A stretch of 64,000 nucleotides of DNA from a virus (taxonomy: Duplodnaviria; Caudoviricetes). The notes below the pieces were generated by a model. That model was not told the DNA's origin and searched no databases. It saw only the letters and a list, made by a program, of their open reading frames with translations. Both the position numbers and the translations under genes were made by a program. Positions 49,059 through 58,733 of the stretch are shown piece after piece (within the stretch, counting starts at the first letter, position 1; each line of letters starts with the position of its first letter). The stretch is from IMG/VR virus record IMGVR_UViG_3300003937_000325, one strand, 5' to 3'.

Positions 49059-50522
49059 ATGTCTACTTATAAATCATATTTTAATAGAAACACAACTATT
49101 GTTTCAAATTCATACGCAAATACAGGTAGAAACCCTATATGCGAACTATTCTTTGGTGGGGTAGATAATGTAATTACTCCAAAAGGGTTTAGTCGTTTTT
49201 TATTCGATATTGAATTATCAGGAATAACTGAACAAATCAAACATGGTATTATCTCTACTGGTTGTTCAAAAAGTATGAAACATATTCTCAATATGACTAA
49301 TACTTCATCATTTGATTTGGAATTATTAAATGATACATGGTCTAATGGAAGAAGAAGAGCAACTTCTTTTGATTTAGTATTATTTAGAATACCTAAAGTT
49401 TCAGGAACCACAGGAGATATTCAATCGTGGGATGAAGGTGTTGGATACGATTATTACGATTTTACTGAATTACCTACAGACAAAGCCTACTCAAGTAGAC
49501 CAACTAATTGGTACGAATCTCAAACTATTTCAAATTGGTCAGTACCGGGGGTATACGATAATTTAAATACCAATTCAAGTACAGGGTTAAATTTCTCAGG
49601 TTTAACTATTATTGATACTCAACATTTTGAATTTGGTAATGAAGATATTAAATTTGATATGACTCAAGAGATAAATGATATATTAACGGGGGCGACTACT
49701 GGAGTTACAGGATGGGGAATCGCCTTTTATCCTCAAGTTGAAAATATTACAGGATTAACTGAAAACTACTCGGTAGGGTTTTTTACTACGAATACACAAA
49801 CATTTTATGAACCATACTTAGAAACTACATATGATGATTTAATAGAGGATGATAGAAATATTTTTTATGAAAATAAAGAAAATAAATTATATCTATACAG
49901 TTACCAATTCGGTAATCCTCAAAATTTTGATGAATTACCATCTGTAGATATTACAGATATGAATGGTTCAATATTATATTTAGATTTACCAACCTGTCAA
50001 ATAACTAATGGGGTATATGAAGTTATAGTACCACCATTAACATCATCAAGTATACCATGTATGATGTACGATACTTGGAAAAATTTAAAGATTAATGGAG
50101 TTAATATTTCTAATCAAACTAATGAATTTGTAGTTAATGACTTATCGGAGTTATATCAAATTGGTTCAACAACGAATGACCCTTCATTATATGGTTTTGA
50201 TTTTTTCGGAATTAAACAAGATGAAAAGATATTAGGACCAGATGTACGTAAAGTTAACGTCATAATTAAAAAAGCGTATACTACGAATGAAGTACTTAAT
50301 AAAGTTAACGCCTATTATAGGGTATATGTTAGAGAAGGTAAAACTGAAGTTCAAGTTCAAGATTGGACACAGTTAAATAGAACACCAGATAGTCACTATT
50401 TTATTTTTAATACTGAAGACAAAATACCTAACGAATATTTCATCGATATAAAAGTATTGACGGATAGAGAGATTAATACCTATAAAAGAGAATTAAAATT
50501 TCAAATAGTTAATAGAAAATGA
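49059..50522 (+). CDS. Putative structural protein (DNRLRE/Ig-like beta domains)
   Basis: SRFLFDI and SWDEGVG motifs; late motif 14 nt upstream. Confidence 0.4.
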   Translation: MSTYKSYFNRNTTIVSNSYANTGRNPICELFFGGVDNVITPKGFSRFLFDIELSGITEQIKHGIISTGCSKSMKHILNMTNTSSFDLELLNDTWSNGRRRATSFDLVLFRIPKVSGTTGDIQSWDEGVGYDYYDFTELPTDKAYSSRPTNWYESQTISNWSVPGVYDNLNTNSSTGLNFSGLTIIDTQHFEFGNEDIKFDMTQEINDILTGATTGVTGWGIAFYPQVENITGLTENYSVGFFTTNTQTFYEPYLETTYDDLIEDDRNIFYENKENKLYLYSYQFGNPQNFDELPSVDITDMNGSILYLDLPTCQITNGVYEVIVPPLTSSSIPCMMYDTWKNLKINGVNISNQTNEFVVNDLSELYQIGSTTNDPSLYGFDFFGIKQDEKILGPDVRKVNVIIKKAYTTNEVLNKVNAYYRVYVREGKTEVQVQDWTQLNRTPDSHYFIFNTEDKIPNEYFIDIKVLTDREINTYKRELKFQIVNRK

Positions 50523-50776
50523 AAAAGGTAACAATCACTGAAAACGAACTGATAGAAATAATCACTAGAGTAATTAGTGAAAAGAAAAAATCTAAAAAGA
50601 AAAAAAAGAAGAGCACTACTTTATGTGCAAGAGGTAAAAACGCGGCGAAAGCTAAATATGATGTTTACCCATCAGCTTACGCTAACGGTTACGCCGTCCA
50701 AGTGTGTAAAGGTAAGATGCCTGGTTTAGACGGTAAAAAAAGATGTTCAGGTAAATATTGTTCGGGTAAAAAATAA
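50519..50776 (+). CDS. Small highly basic Cys-containing protein with KKVTITENEL leader
   Basis: Poly-Lys tract; CARG...YPSAYANGYAVQVC. Confidence 0.65.
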   Translation: MKKVTITENELIEIITRVISEKKKSKKKKKKSTTLCARGKNAAKAKYDVYPSAYANGYAVQVCKGKMPGLDGKKRCSGKYCSGKK

Positions 50777-50780
50777 TTTG

Positions 50781-50788
50781 TATATTTG
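50781..50788 (+). promoter_or_regulatory. Bacteroidota-type -7 element TATATTTG (TTG 20 nt upstream)
   Basis: Exact TAnnTTTG match upstream of ORF 50808. Confidence 0.45.
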
Positions 50789-50807
50789 TTATATATAAAA
50801 AAAAATA

Positions 50808-51005
50808 ATGTATCGAAATACAACTTATCATTTTGTTAAAATTGTTAATGGGGAAGAAAAACTCATTATAGAAACCGAGTCTTCTTGTTTAGAAAGGGCT
50901 TTAGATTATTTCTACCTAATGGTACCTAAGGCCTATGGGGATAAGAGTTATACTATTAGAATTAAAAAAGATAATATTAGAAACGTTGCCAGTGAATGGG
51001 ACTAA
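50808..51005 (+). CDS. Hypothetical protein
   Basis: ORF track. Confidence 0.55.
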   Translation: MYRNTTYHFVKIVNGEEKLIIETESSCLERALDYFYLMVPKAYGDKSYTIRIKKDNIRNVASEWD

Positions 51006-51547
51006 GTAGTTTTTGATATAACCCATTTATACCCTACATCTCCACCATTTAATAACCAATTAACATACTCCATATCTTTTTGTGGTTTTCCTTTAAACGT
51101 TTCATTTAAAGTGATTGTTTCTTTTTTACTGTCAAAAAATTGTTTTAATTCTAATAGTTGGTTTTTAGAAATTACGTTATTCTCAACTATCTTTTGAGTG
51201 ACTCTATTAATTCCTTTAGAGTATGATAAACCCTTTTTCATTTGGCTAATTACCGGCGAAGGGACTCTAATATAATCATTATTTTCTATAATAACGATTT
51301 TAAGGTCACCAGAACCTTTAATTACTCTGTGGTATGTCTCTTTATTAATAATATATTTTTGTCCAACCTTAAGGTCCTGGGGTAACTCCTCATCCATTTG
51401 AAGCTTCCAACCGTCACTTGATTCTACAAATATAATACGGTCGTACTCATCTTTGTGCCATTTTAACTCTTCAGAGTTAACGGATTCATTAAAAACTCTA
51501 CGTTTTTTATTATGTGATAGTTGTGTGTCTGAATATATCATTACCAA
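51002..51547 (-). CDS. Cupin-like domain fused to a small helical domain
   Basis: ELKWHKDEYDR...GWKLQMD...YHRVIKG pattern. Confidence 0.5.
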   Translation of the reverse strand: MVMIYSDTQLSHNKKRRVFNESVNSEELKWHKDEYDRIIFVESSDGWKLQMDEELPQDLKVGQKYIINKETYHRVIKGSGDLKIVIIENNDYIRVPSPVISQMKKGLSYSKGINRVTQKIVENNVISKNQLLELKQFFDSKKETITLNETFKGKPQKDMEYVNWLLNGGDVGYKWVISKTT

Positions 51548-53133
51548 AATCTACCTGAGACATTTTTACCAAAATCTTTATGTGCTCTACACGCCCAATA
51601 ACCCGCCTTAGTTTTGTCTTTTTTCTTAGCACACTGATGTCTAGCCGCAAATGATTTACGAGCACCTGGGTCGTTCCATTTAGCTGTCATAACAGGTGAC
51701 CCATAAGAAACTTTTATAACTTTACCCGTTTTGGGGTTTTTAACGTACACATACCACTTTTTAGGTCCACCTGACTTAGGTTTGTTTAAACTAACATCTT
51801 TACCTTTATATTCGGCCTCATCTATTTCATTGGCATATGTTCCATCCCAACTAAAGGATTGTTCGTTTACCATTGGAAAATCAAATGGTAATCTTTCACC
51901 CTTATAATTAAAAAATTTACCTCTATCTGATTCTAATAACTCGATTTCTTCTTCTGACCATTCATTATGACCATCATTATATAACTTACGACCCTCATTA
52001 ATCACATCAAAGTATTTGGGGCTACCATATCTAAAAACATTTTCAGTTAATGAAATACGATTATCAATATGATATTGTAATTCTTCAGATATTACGGTCT
52101 TTTCTTTAGTGTATGACTTTAAAACCGATTCAATTAATTTAGTATCATCGACTAAATCCTCATCCTCTTTTTCGGGTTCACTTAACGGTATGGATACATC
52201 GTCAAAAGAATCTAACGTTTTTGGTTGTAATGGTGGGTCTAATAAAAATCTTTGATTAATCCAACTTCTTAATTCATTTTCAACAAAAAATTCAGGAACA
52301 GGTTTATCATCTGGCTCGTTTGATGCTATTTCTGAAATATGATAAGCGAATTTTAGTTTGTTTTCATTATTCATTAAATTCATTAACCCATCACTTATAA
52401 AAAATATTTGACTAAACGGGTCCACAGGATTAATATCTCCTTCAGCAAAACTAAATACCTTCATAATTGCCTTCGCCCACCAAGATTTATAGGATGACGT
52501 TTCTTTTAATGTTGGACCTATTAGTTTATTAAGTGCTCTAACTGCAGATGTAAACATTCCCGCTACGGCAATTTGTGGTATAAACCAAGGCATTAAACGT
52601 ATAAATGCTTTAAATCCACCTTCACCTACATGTTTAGCTAATCTTTTATTTTTAGCTCCGTTAACGATACTTCTTAATTGTCCAAAAGTAATGGGTCCTT
52701 GAGCGTTACAGAATTTTTTAGCGTCACAAATACTTTTAACTACTTTACTTGAAACATTAACGTCGCCCCCTAATTCCTCTAATACTAAGTTAACTAACTT
52801 ATCTATTGATTCATTTTTCTTTTTATAATTCTTCACTTTAATTCTTGTTGGTTTTTGACCTTTCCCTGTTTGAGTATCTTTCTTTTCTTTTTCTCGTTTC
52901 CTACGACAAGCCGAGTCTTTATCTTTCTGAGACATTTTACCTGCAACACCAGCACCTCGACATACGGGATACGCTCCTTTGTCTGCGTCTCCACGACCAC
53001 ATGGCGGGTGACCACCACCTTTTTTCTTTTTACATATATTAACCCATGGACCCTTTGGTTGTGAGGAACCTTTCTTTTTTTTCTTCTTTCCAAACCAAAC
53101 GGCTAAATCTTCTGTTAAAATATATTCACTCAT
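51541..53133 (-). CDS. Modular multi-domain basic protein (candidate processed core polyprotein)
   Basis: Basic Cys-containing N- and C-terminal modules separated by helical linkers carrying I/L/V-x-E motifs; late motif upstream. Confidence 0.65.
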   Translation of the reverse strand: MSEYILTEDLAVWFGKKKKKKGSSQPKGPWVNICKKKKGGGHPPCGRGDADKGAYPVCRGAGVAGKMSQKDKDSACRRKREKEKKDTQTGKGQKPTRIKVKNYKKKNESIDKLVNLVLEELGGDVNVSSKVVKSICDAKKFCNAQGPITFGQLRSIVNGAKNKRLAKHVGEGGFKAFIRLMPWFIPQIAVAGMFTSAVRALNKLIGPTLKETSSYKSWWAKAIMKVFSFAEGDINPVDPFSQIFFISDGLMNLMNNENKLKFAYHISEIASNEPDDKPVPEFFVENELRSWINQRFLLDPPLQPKTLDSFDDVSIPLSEPEKEDEDLVDDTKLIESVLKSYTKEKTVISEELQYHIDNRISLTENVFRYGSPKYFDVINEGRKLYNDGHNEWSEEEIELLESDRGKFFNYKGERLPFDFPMVNEQSFSWDGTYANEIDEAEYKGKDVSLNKPKSGGPKKWYVYVKNPKTGKVIKVSYGSPVMTAKWNDPGARKSFAARHQCAKKKDKTKAGYWACRAHKDFGKNVSGRFW

Positions 53134-53213
53134 ACTTGATTATTACTATAATTTTATTATCTATTAAATAAATATAACGAGAAATAAACTTATTCATTAA
53201 ATAAAAAAACAAA

Positions 53214-53615
53214 ATGGCTAAAGCTAAAAAGACAACGTCTGACGAGACAAAAAAACCAACAGCTAGAAAAACTAGAACTAAAAAAACTGAAACTAAACCT
53301 GTAGAGGAAAAAGTGAGTGAAGTTTTAGAAGGTCAAGGTACCGAACAATCTGTTGATGAACAACCAAAACCTATTGGAACATTATTTGACACTATAAACT
53401 ATAGTAATCTTCAAGATTTAGATAAGTTTGTACAGAACTTAAATGGTGACCAATCATTGTACTGTGTGGTACACGCGGCTAAATCGGCACACAAACGAGG
53501 TGCATTTAGTATTGAAGAGTCTGAAGTGATTTCAAGAGCTATCAGAGTGTTAACTACACCTCCTGAGGATAAAGAAAAATCAGTTCCTGACCCTGAAGTA
53601 CACAAAGCAGATTAA
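53214..53615 (+). CDS. Hypothetical protein with Lys/Thr-rich N-terminus
   Basis: ORF track; followed by a terminator. Confidence 0.65.
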   Translation: MAKAKKTTSDETKKPTARKTRTKKTETKPVEEKVSEVLEGQGTEQSVDEQPKPIGTLFDTINYSNLQDLDKFVQNLNGDQSLYCVVHAAKSAHKRGAFSIEESEVISRAIRVLTTPPEDKEKSVPDPEVHKAD

Positions 53616-53622
53616 TTAAATT

Positions 53623-53645
53623 AAAAAGGGACATTGTCCCTTTTT
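53623..53645 (+). terminator. Intrinsic terminator
   Basis: AAAAAGGGAC-ATT-GTCCCTTTTTTT. Confidence 0.7.
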
Positions 53646-53665
53646 TTATGCAAAAAAAATACATT

Positions 53666-53866
53666 ATGACTAGAAGTGAAATAAGTACAAAAATTGTGAA
53701 AAATGAAATGATTATGATGAGGGCACGTAATAATGGTCATAAACCAAATGATGGTGATAAATTTCAACCATTAAGAATTGAAAATGAAATTTTAAGATGT
53801 ATGTATTTTGGGGAAGACTCCCCTCATTGTATTAGAAACTATACAAATAAAAAAGGGGACCAATAA
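53666..53866 (+). CDS. Small hypothetical protein (start likely 53666)
   Basis: ORF track; the first ATG at 53648 abuts the terminator U-tract. Confidence 0.45.
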   Translation: MTRSEISTKIVKNEMIMMRARNNGHKPNDGDKFQPLRIENEILRCMYFGEDSPHCIRNYTNKKGDQ

Positions 53867-53876
53867 GGTCCCCTTT
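53852..53876 (-). terminator. Major capsid gene terminator (likely bidirectional)
   Basis: AAAGGGGACC-AATAA-GGTCCCCTTT with a T-tract on the minus strand. Confidence 0.75.
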
Positions 53877-53896
53877 AATATTCCTATTAAGATATA

Positions 53897-55639
53897 TTAT
53901 CTTAAAGAGTTCAAGTCAAATGTTCTAACACCATCAACTACGATTCTACCATAGAAACGGTTATTAACCATTTTCTTAGCGTATCTCGTCATAATACCCT
54001 TTATCGGAGTAAAGTTGAACGGGTTATACATTGTAGGTGTCAACTGTAATGGTACATACGGTGCGTAAACGTACCCTGTATCCAATAATGAAGAACCTTT
54101 ATGTCCCAATAAAACAGTGTTTGGTGGGAAGTAAGGGTCTCTGTACACTTGGTATCTACCTGATAATGTACCTACTCTTTCAATACCCATGTTGTATTGG
54201 TCTTGGTCTGGAGCCGCATTTGATACGTGGAAGTATTCCAAGTCATCAAAGATAGCTGAAATTTCCGAAGAAACAACAATCCAGTTAGCTCCACCTCTTA
54301 ATGTAGATTTGTGAATTTGAGCTGAGATTTGGTTAATCGCAGTAATCAATGTCTGATTCCAGTCTTTTTGGTTATAGTTAACTGAACCATTAGACACTCT
54401 CTTCCATCCGTTGTAATCCCAACGTAATGTCCAAGCCGCACCTTTTCTTAAGTCTCTTAAGATTTCACGGTCAATTTCAGCAGCCACTTGTTCTGATAAT
54501 AAAGCTGTTAATTCAGCCTCAGCATCAATGTTATGGAATGCAGAAACATCTTGTGCTAATTCTGGAGACCATTGTGCTCTTAGTTTTCTTTCTGTAACCG
54601 ATACAGTAACTGCATCAAGGTCAAAAGAAACTTCACCCATTTGGTCTTCGAATTCTAAGTCAGCATATACTCTGTAAGTCGCACCAACCGTAGGGTTAGC
54701 CGCGAATGTAGTACCTGTATAACCATCGATTGAACAGTTAGCACATCCAACAACAGGTGTTGAAGTATCAACTGATAAATAAATTACACCGTCAGCAGTA
54801 CAAATATCATCATACTTACCACCTGGTCCTGTATAGTTTCCTGGAGGGAAGTTAGTTTGAGATTCGTTACCGTATTGAACGATACCTTTACCGTACTTCT
54901 GTGTTACCACGTTAAAGTTAAAGTAATCACCACCTATTTGTACTTCTAATGATGCTAAGAAATCCTCAGTATCTTGTTCGTTACCTGTAGGTCCGATTAA
55001 TTTACCTTGACCTGCAGATGCAAATCCTGATAATGCAACTAAAAGTGTTCTTTGGTTACCTGCATAATCACCTGCAGCCGCAACTACTAATGATGAACCA
55101 TCCCATTTTACTAATGTGGTATTAGCAGCAATTCCTGAAAACGCTCCTTTAGAGTAATCGAATAACCCAGCTGGGTCTGAATTCGGTGCAGAACCTTCGT
55201 AAAATCTATCATAAAGGTTTTTACCTGAACCGTAGTTTACTGACGTACCAGAAGGACCATTAGGTGCTCCGAAAGGTGCAACATGTGTTCCATCAGCATT
55301 TCTGTTCTGAATTTTAGGTACAAAGTAGAATAATTTACCGATTGGTAAGTTCATCGCTTGTACTGATACGATATCATTAGCTAATAATTTAGAGAATACT
55401 CTTCTAATGATAGGGAAGACTACTGTTTCAAATGAACCTGAGTTATCTGAAGCAGATGCTTCGTTAATTAAGTGAGACGCTTGGTTTTCATATAATTGTG
55501 CCATGTTCTCTTTTACGTGACCTTTAAGACCCTCTAGGAATCCTAATTTGTCCCATTTGTTGATTGTGTCTTCTTTGATAACTTTAAGGTGTTTTAACCC
55601 AATATTACCAACAAGACCTGATTCTAATAATGCTCCCAT
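53897..55639 (-). CDS. gp23: Major capsid protein (T4 gp23-like)
   Basis: SVQAMNLPIGKLFY, RKLRAQWSPELAQD, ELTALLSEQVAAEIDREI, GYVYAPYVPL and GIMTRY. Confidence 0.97.
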   Translation of the reverse strand: MGALLESGLVGNIGLKHLKVIKEDTINKWDKLGFLEGLKGHVKENMAQLYENQASHLINEASASDNSGSFETVVFPIIRRVFSKLLANDIVSVQAMNLPIGKLFYFVPKIQNRNADGTHVAPFGAPNGPSGTSVNYGSGKNLYDRFYEGSAPNSDPAGLFDYSKGAFSGIAANTTLVKWDGSSLVVAAAGDYAGNQRTLLVALSGFASAGQGKLIGPTGNEQDTEDFLASLEVQIGGDYFNFNVVTQKYGKGIVQYGNESQTNFPPGNYTGPGGKYDDICTADGVIYLSVDTSTPVVGCANCSIDGYTGTTFAANPTVGATYRVYADLEFEDQMGEVSFDLDAVTVSVTERKLRAQWSPELAQDVSAFHNIDAEAELTALLSEQVAAEIDREILRDLRKGAAWTLRWDYNGWKRVSNGSVNYNQKDWNQTLITAINQISAQIHKSTLRGGANWIVVSSEISAIFDDLEYFHVSNAAPDQDQYNMGIERVGTLSGRYQVYRDPYFPPNTVLLGHKGSSLLDTGYVYAPYVPLQLTPTMYNPFNFTPIKGIMTRYAKKMVNNRFYGRIVVDGVRTFDLNSLR

Positions 55640-55663
55640 TTTAGTATTTGTTTTTTTTAAATT

Positions 55664-57196
55664 TTATTTTTGAAGTTTACCCATTAAATCCTTCATTCTC
55701 ATGAACTGAGGATTTTCGTAAGTTTTACTTTCGATAAGATTTGTAGCAGAACCTTTAGATGGTGATTTCTGTACTTTAGATGCAACTGATTCAGTTACAA
55801 CTGCAGAACTTCCTTTCGAGTCTAAATCTTCTTTTACAGTCTTATAAAGACTTTTCGATTCCTTGATTGTTTCAGCAGAATCAAAACGTCTTAAAATGTT
55901 TATTTTTTCTTGTTTTGTTGTCGAATGCTCAGTAAACAGTCGAGTAGCGTATGCTAGATTTGAATTGAAAACAGCAACTTCATTAAGTTTTTCTTTAAAG
56001 ATGTTAAGTGCCTTACGGTACTCTTCATTTTTTTCTCTTAATTGTTTTACTTCTTTCTCAAGTGATTCATTGTACCTTGCTCTATTAGGAATAGAATGTG
56101 GTTTTGAAAGTCCTTTAGATTTATCAGAAGATGCTTTCTGTCCAGCAGCGTGACTTCTCACCATACCTTCTTTAGCCTCTTCGTAATCTTTGTGAGATTT
56201 TGAATCATCACCTTTTTTACCTCCGAACTCTTCATTAGATTCTTCATAATCCTTGTGAGATTTTGAGTCGTCTCCTTTTTTACCTCCATACTCTTCGTAA
56301 TGTTCCTCTTTGTGATGTTCTTCAGCATCGTGGTGTGCGTCTTTTTTCAACTTCTCAATTTGTGAGTAGTCGTCTTCAGCTGCGTCACCATAATAGTTTC
56401 CGTCATCCTCTCCGAGTTCAATTTCATAAACTACTTCGTCTCCTTCGTTAGATTCTTCATAATCCTTGTGAGATTTTGAATCGTCACCTTTCTTACCTCC
56501 GTATTCTTCATTTGATTCTTCATAATCTTTGTGAGATTTTGAATCATCGCCTTTCTTACCTCCGAATTCTTCGTTAGATTCTTCGTAGTCCTTATGAGAT
56601 TTAGAGTCGTCACCTTTCTTACCTCCGAATTCCTCCATTTGAATTTGATATTCAACATCAGCCTCATCATCTTTAAGTGTGATTTCGTCACCGTCTTGTG
56701 TAACAACGATTCCGTCTTCTTCACCCATAGCTTTAAAGACCTTAAGGATTTCTTCGTCAGATGCGCCTGTAAGGTCAAGTGGTAAAAGAATTTCTTCTTC
56801 GTCATCCACTTCTAACTCATCACCTGGTAAATCCATCATAAGCATATCATCAGTATCAATTTCCATATCATCCTCATCCTCATCGGATTCGTCTTCAATG
56901 TCCATGTCAACATCTAGTTCCATGTCGTCTTCAATGTCAAGTTCGTCTTGTTCTTTTGTTTCGTGCTTTACAGATTTCTCCATATCGTCACCTTCTTCCA
57001 TTTTTTCACCTTCCATTGCTTCAACAGACACTTCGTCTTCAATCTCTTCTTCATTTAGAGATTCTTTTACTAATTCACTGATTTCTTCCTTCATAGTAGA
57101 AGCAAGTATTCCTTTTGCATTCTCCGTAACGGCTTCCTTCAAATTTTCCATTTGTAGTAGCGCTTCTTCAACTAAGTTTTGTTTTTTTTGTGCCAT
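55664..57196 (-). CDS. Prohead core scaffold protein (T4 gp22-like), acidic with internal repeats
   Basis: Acidic N-half and coiled-coil C-half (LNEVAVFNSNLAYATRLF); position between protease and MCP. Confidence 0.75.
   Translation of the reverse strand: MAQKKQNLVEEALLQMENLKEAVTENAKGILASTMKEEISELVKESLNEEEIEDEVSVEAMEGEKMEEGDDMEKSVKHETKEQDELDIEDDMELDVDMDIEDESDEDEDDMEIDTDDMLMMDLPGDELEVDDEEEILLPLDLTGASDEEILKVFKAMGEEDGIVVTQDGDEITLKDDEADVEYQIQMEEFGGKKGDDSKSHKDYEESNEEFGGKKGDDSKSHKDYEESNEEYGGKKGDDSKSHKDYEESNEGDEVVYEIELGEDDGNYYGDAAEDDYSQIEKLKKDAHHDAEEHHKEEHYEEYGGKKGDDSKSHKDYEESNEEFGGKKGDDSKSHKDYEEAKEGMVRSHAAGQKASSDKSKGLSKPHSIPNRARYNESLEKEVKQLREKNEEYRKALNIFKEKLNEVAVFNSNLAYATRLFTEHSTTKQEKINILRRFDSAETIKESKSLYKTVKEDLDSKGSSAVVTESVASKVQKSPSKGSATNLIESKTYENPQFMRMKDLMGKLQK
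56177..56635 (-). repeat. Five 21-aa repeats EE(F/Y)GGKKGDDSKSHKDYEESN in two blocks (56447-56635 x3; 56177-56296 x2, last copy partial)
   Basis: Visible in the translation; 63-nt DNA units differ mainly at synonymous positions. Confidence 0.9.
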
Positions 57197-57290
57197 TTTA
57201 GTTATTTTTTTGCAAAATGTTTATTTATAGTTTTTATAATAAATATACACGAATTAAAAAAAAATCACTTTATAAAACAATAGGCAAAAA

Positions 57291-57313
57291 AAAATCGGGG
57301 TTTACCCGATTTT
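57291..57313 (-). terminator. Intrinsic terminator
   Basis: AAAATCGGG-GTTTA-CCCGATTTT followed on the minus strand by poly-T. Confidence 0.7.
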
Positions 57314-57338
57314 AATTTTATAATATGTATGTGAAGTA

Positions 57339-57548
57339 TTACTCGATTACTTCATCAATTTTACTTTCGACACATGCAGATATTCTCCAATCGTGAGTAA
57401 AACCTTCAAAGGCTTTAGTAACTTTAGCCTCAACATCTGTTACGTTAAAACCTTTAACTAATTTTTCTTCTCTGATTTTTTTAATCTTACCTGAATGCTC
57501 GTCTGGCATATCATACTGAATTTTTGCTACAAAATACTTTTCTTCCAT
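57339..57548 (-). CDS. DUF4494-like small protein (Bacteroidota-associated family)
   Basis: KYFVAKIQY...KKIREEKLV...TDVEAKV...ESKIDEVI pattern. Confidence 0.45.
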   Translation of the reverse strand: MEEKYFVAKIQYDMPDEHSGKIKKIREEKLVKGFNVTDVEAKVTKAFEGFTHDWRISACVESKIDEVIE

Positions 57549-57572
57549 TTTATTTTTTTTTCTTAGTTTTAA

Positions 57573-58295
57573 TTAATATCCTAAATAATCGGTTAATTTT
57601 TTCATTAAGTCAAGTGATTTGTCTAAACCTTTTTCAGGTTCACCATTTACACTTCTTTGTTTTGTCTCTTCTTCAATGTTCTCATCGTACTTCATTCTAT
57701 CATCTTGATTAAGGAATAAGTAAGCTCCTGGTGTTGATGGTGAAGATACTAAATCAAAACAAATTAATTCAAAATCGTCCTGCACTTCATTCCTTTCACC
57801 TTTTTTAACTAAAGAACCTACACCACGAGATGATACCCCCATAGTGACTCCCTGTCTCATAAGATTTGCCGCTTGGTCTCCTGGACATGATACAACACCT
57901 GTTTTATGAAAACCTGGTGATGTCAATAATTTTATTTTACCCATTAGAACATTACCTTCCCACCACATATCAGTTATCAAGTGTGATACACGGTCTAAGT
58001 CGATAAGTGACGATTCAGGGTGATTAAGTTCTGATATCGATAATCCTTTCTTTATTGCCTCTTGGTATTTTTCACCTTCTCTCCTTAATATTGATTCGGG
58101 ATATATTCTACCGTTTCTATTTGGTGTGTCGTATTTTTGTAATACTGCGTAAAACTCAAAAGGTTTAGAATGGTCTAATTGACCGTATGATTCTTTTATA
58201 ATATCGGCGTTACGTTTATCGTTTGGGTTTATAAAACCGGCATCCCACTCAATTAAAATCCCTTTACCCGTATCATTTGGTCCTAATATTTTCAT
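57573..58295 (-). CDS. gp21: Prohead core protease (T4 gp21-like)
   Basis: NRNGRIYP, ELNHP (His), GVSSRGVGS (Ser) and DLVSSPSTPGA. Confidence 0.93.
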   Translation of the reverse strand: MKILGPNDTGKGILIEWDAGFINPNDKRNADIIKESYGQLDHSKPFEFYAVLQKYDTPNRNGRIYPESILRREGEKYQEAIKKGLSISELNHPESSLIDLDRVSHLITDMWWEGNVLMGKIKLLTSPGFHKTGVVSCPGDQAANLMRQGVTMGVSSRGVGSLVKKGERNEVQDDFELICFDLVSSPSTPGAYLFLNQDDRMKYDENIEEETKQRSVNGEPEKGLDKSLDLMKKLTDYLGY

Positions 58296-58322
58296 ATCTT
58301 TTATTTTATAAATATGCTACGT

Positions 58323-58709
58323 TTAGTATTCCATCGAGATAAAAACGTCCCATTCACTTATTCTAATTGGAGTTACTCTTAATAATTGGTTTATTTTGTC
58401 ACTAACGAATATCTTATATTCTGTTGTTAAAACAGAATCGTCACCTTCTCCTGAGAAAAAAACGTAGTTATTCGCGAAGTCTGTAACTTCCTGTCCTTTA
58501 TAAATTACTTTACCAATTTCAACCCGAACACTTATATCTTCGTCTTGAATATCACCTTCTATCATAACACTACTTGGTAAAATAAAAGTATCCCCATAAC
58601 CAAATTCATATATAAATTTTTTAGGGTCTATAAGATTATTAAGATTATCTACAAGCGTATTTGCTTCAAATAATCTTAATAATTGACTTTCATTAATTAC
58701 GACTTTCAT
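58323..58709 (-). CDS. Hypothetical protein with MKVVINESQLLRLFE leader
   Basis: ORF track; late motif 15 nt upstream. Confidence 0.65.
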   Translation of the reverse strand: MKVVINESQLLRLFEANTLVDNLNNLIDPKKFIYEFGYGDTFILPSSVMIEGDIQDEDISVRVEIGKVIYKGQEVTDFANNYVFFSGEGDDSVLTTEYKIFVSDKINQLLRVTPIRISEWDVFISMEY

Positions 58710-58733
58710 TTAGTTGTTTTAACTATAAATAGA

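Noticed and set aside
56177-56635. Regularly spaced 63-nt repeats resembling a CRISPR array
   Set aside because: Repeats are contiguous, in frame, lack unique spacers and vary at synonymous positions; no cas genes
56679-57230. 183-aa Ser-rich plus-strand ORF and the other short opposite-strand or nested ORFs in the track
   Set aside because: Mirror translations of acidic or otherwise well-supported genes on the other strand or frame
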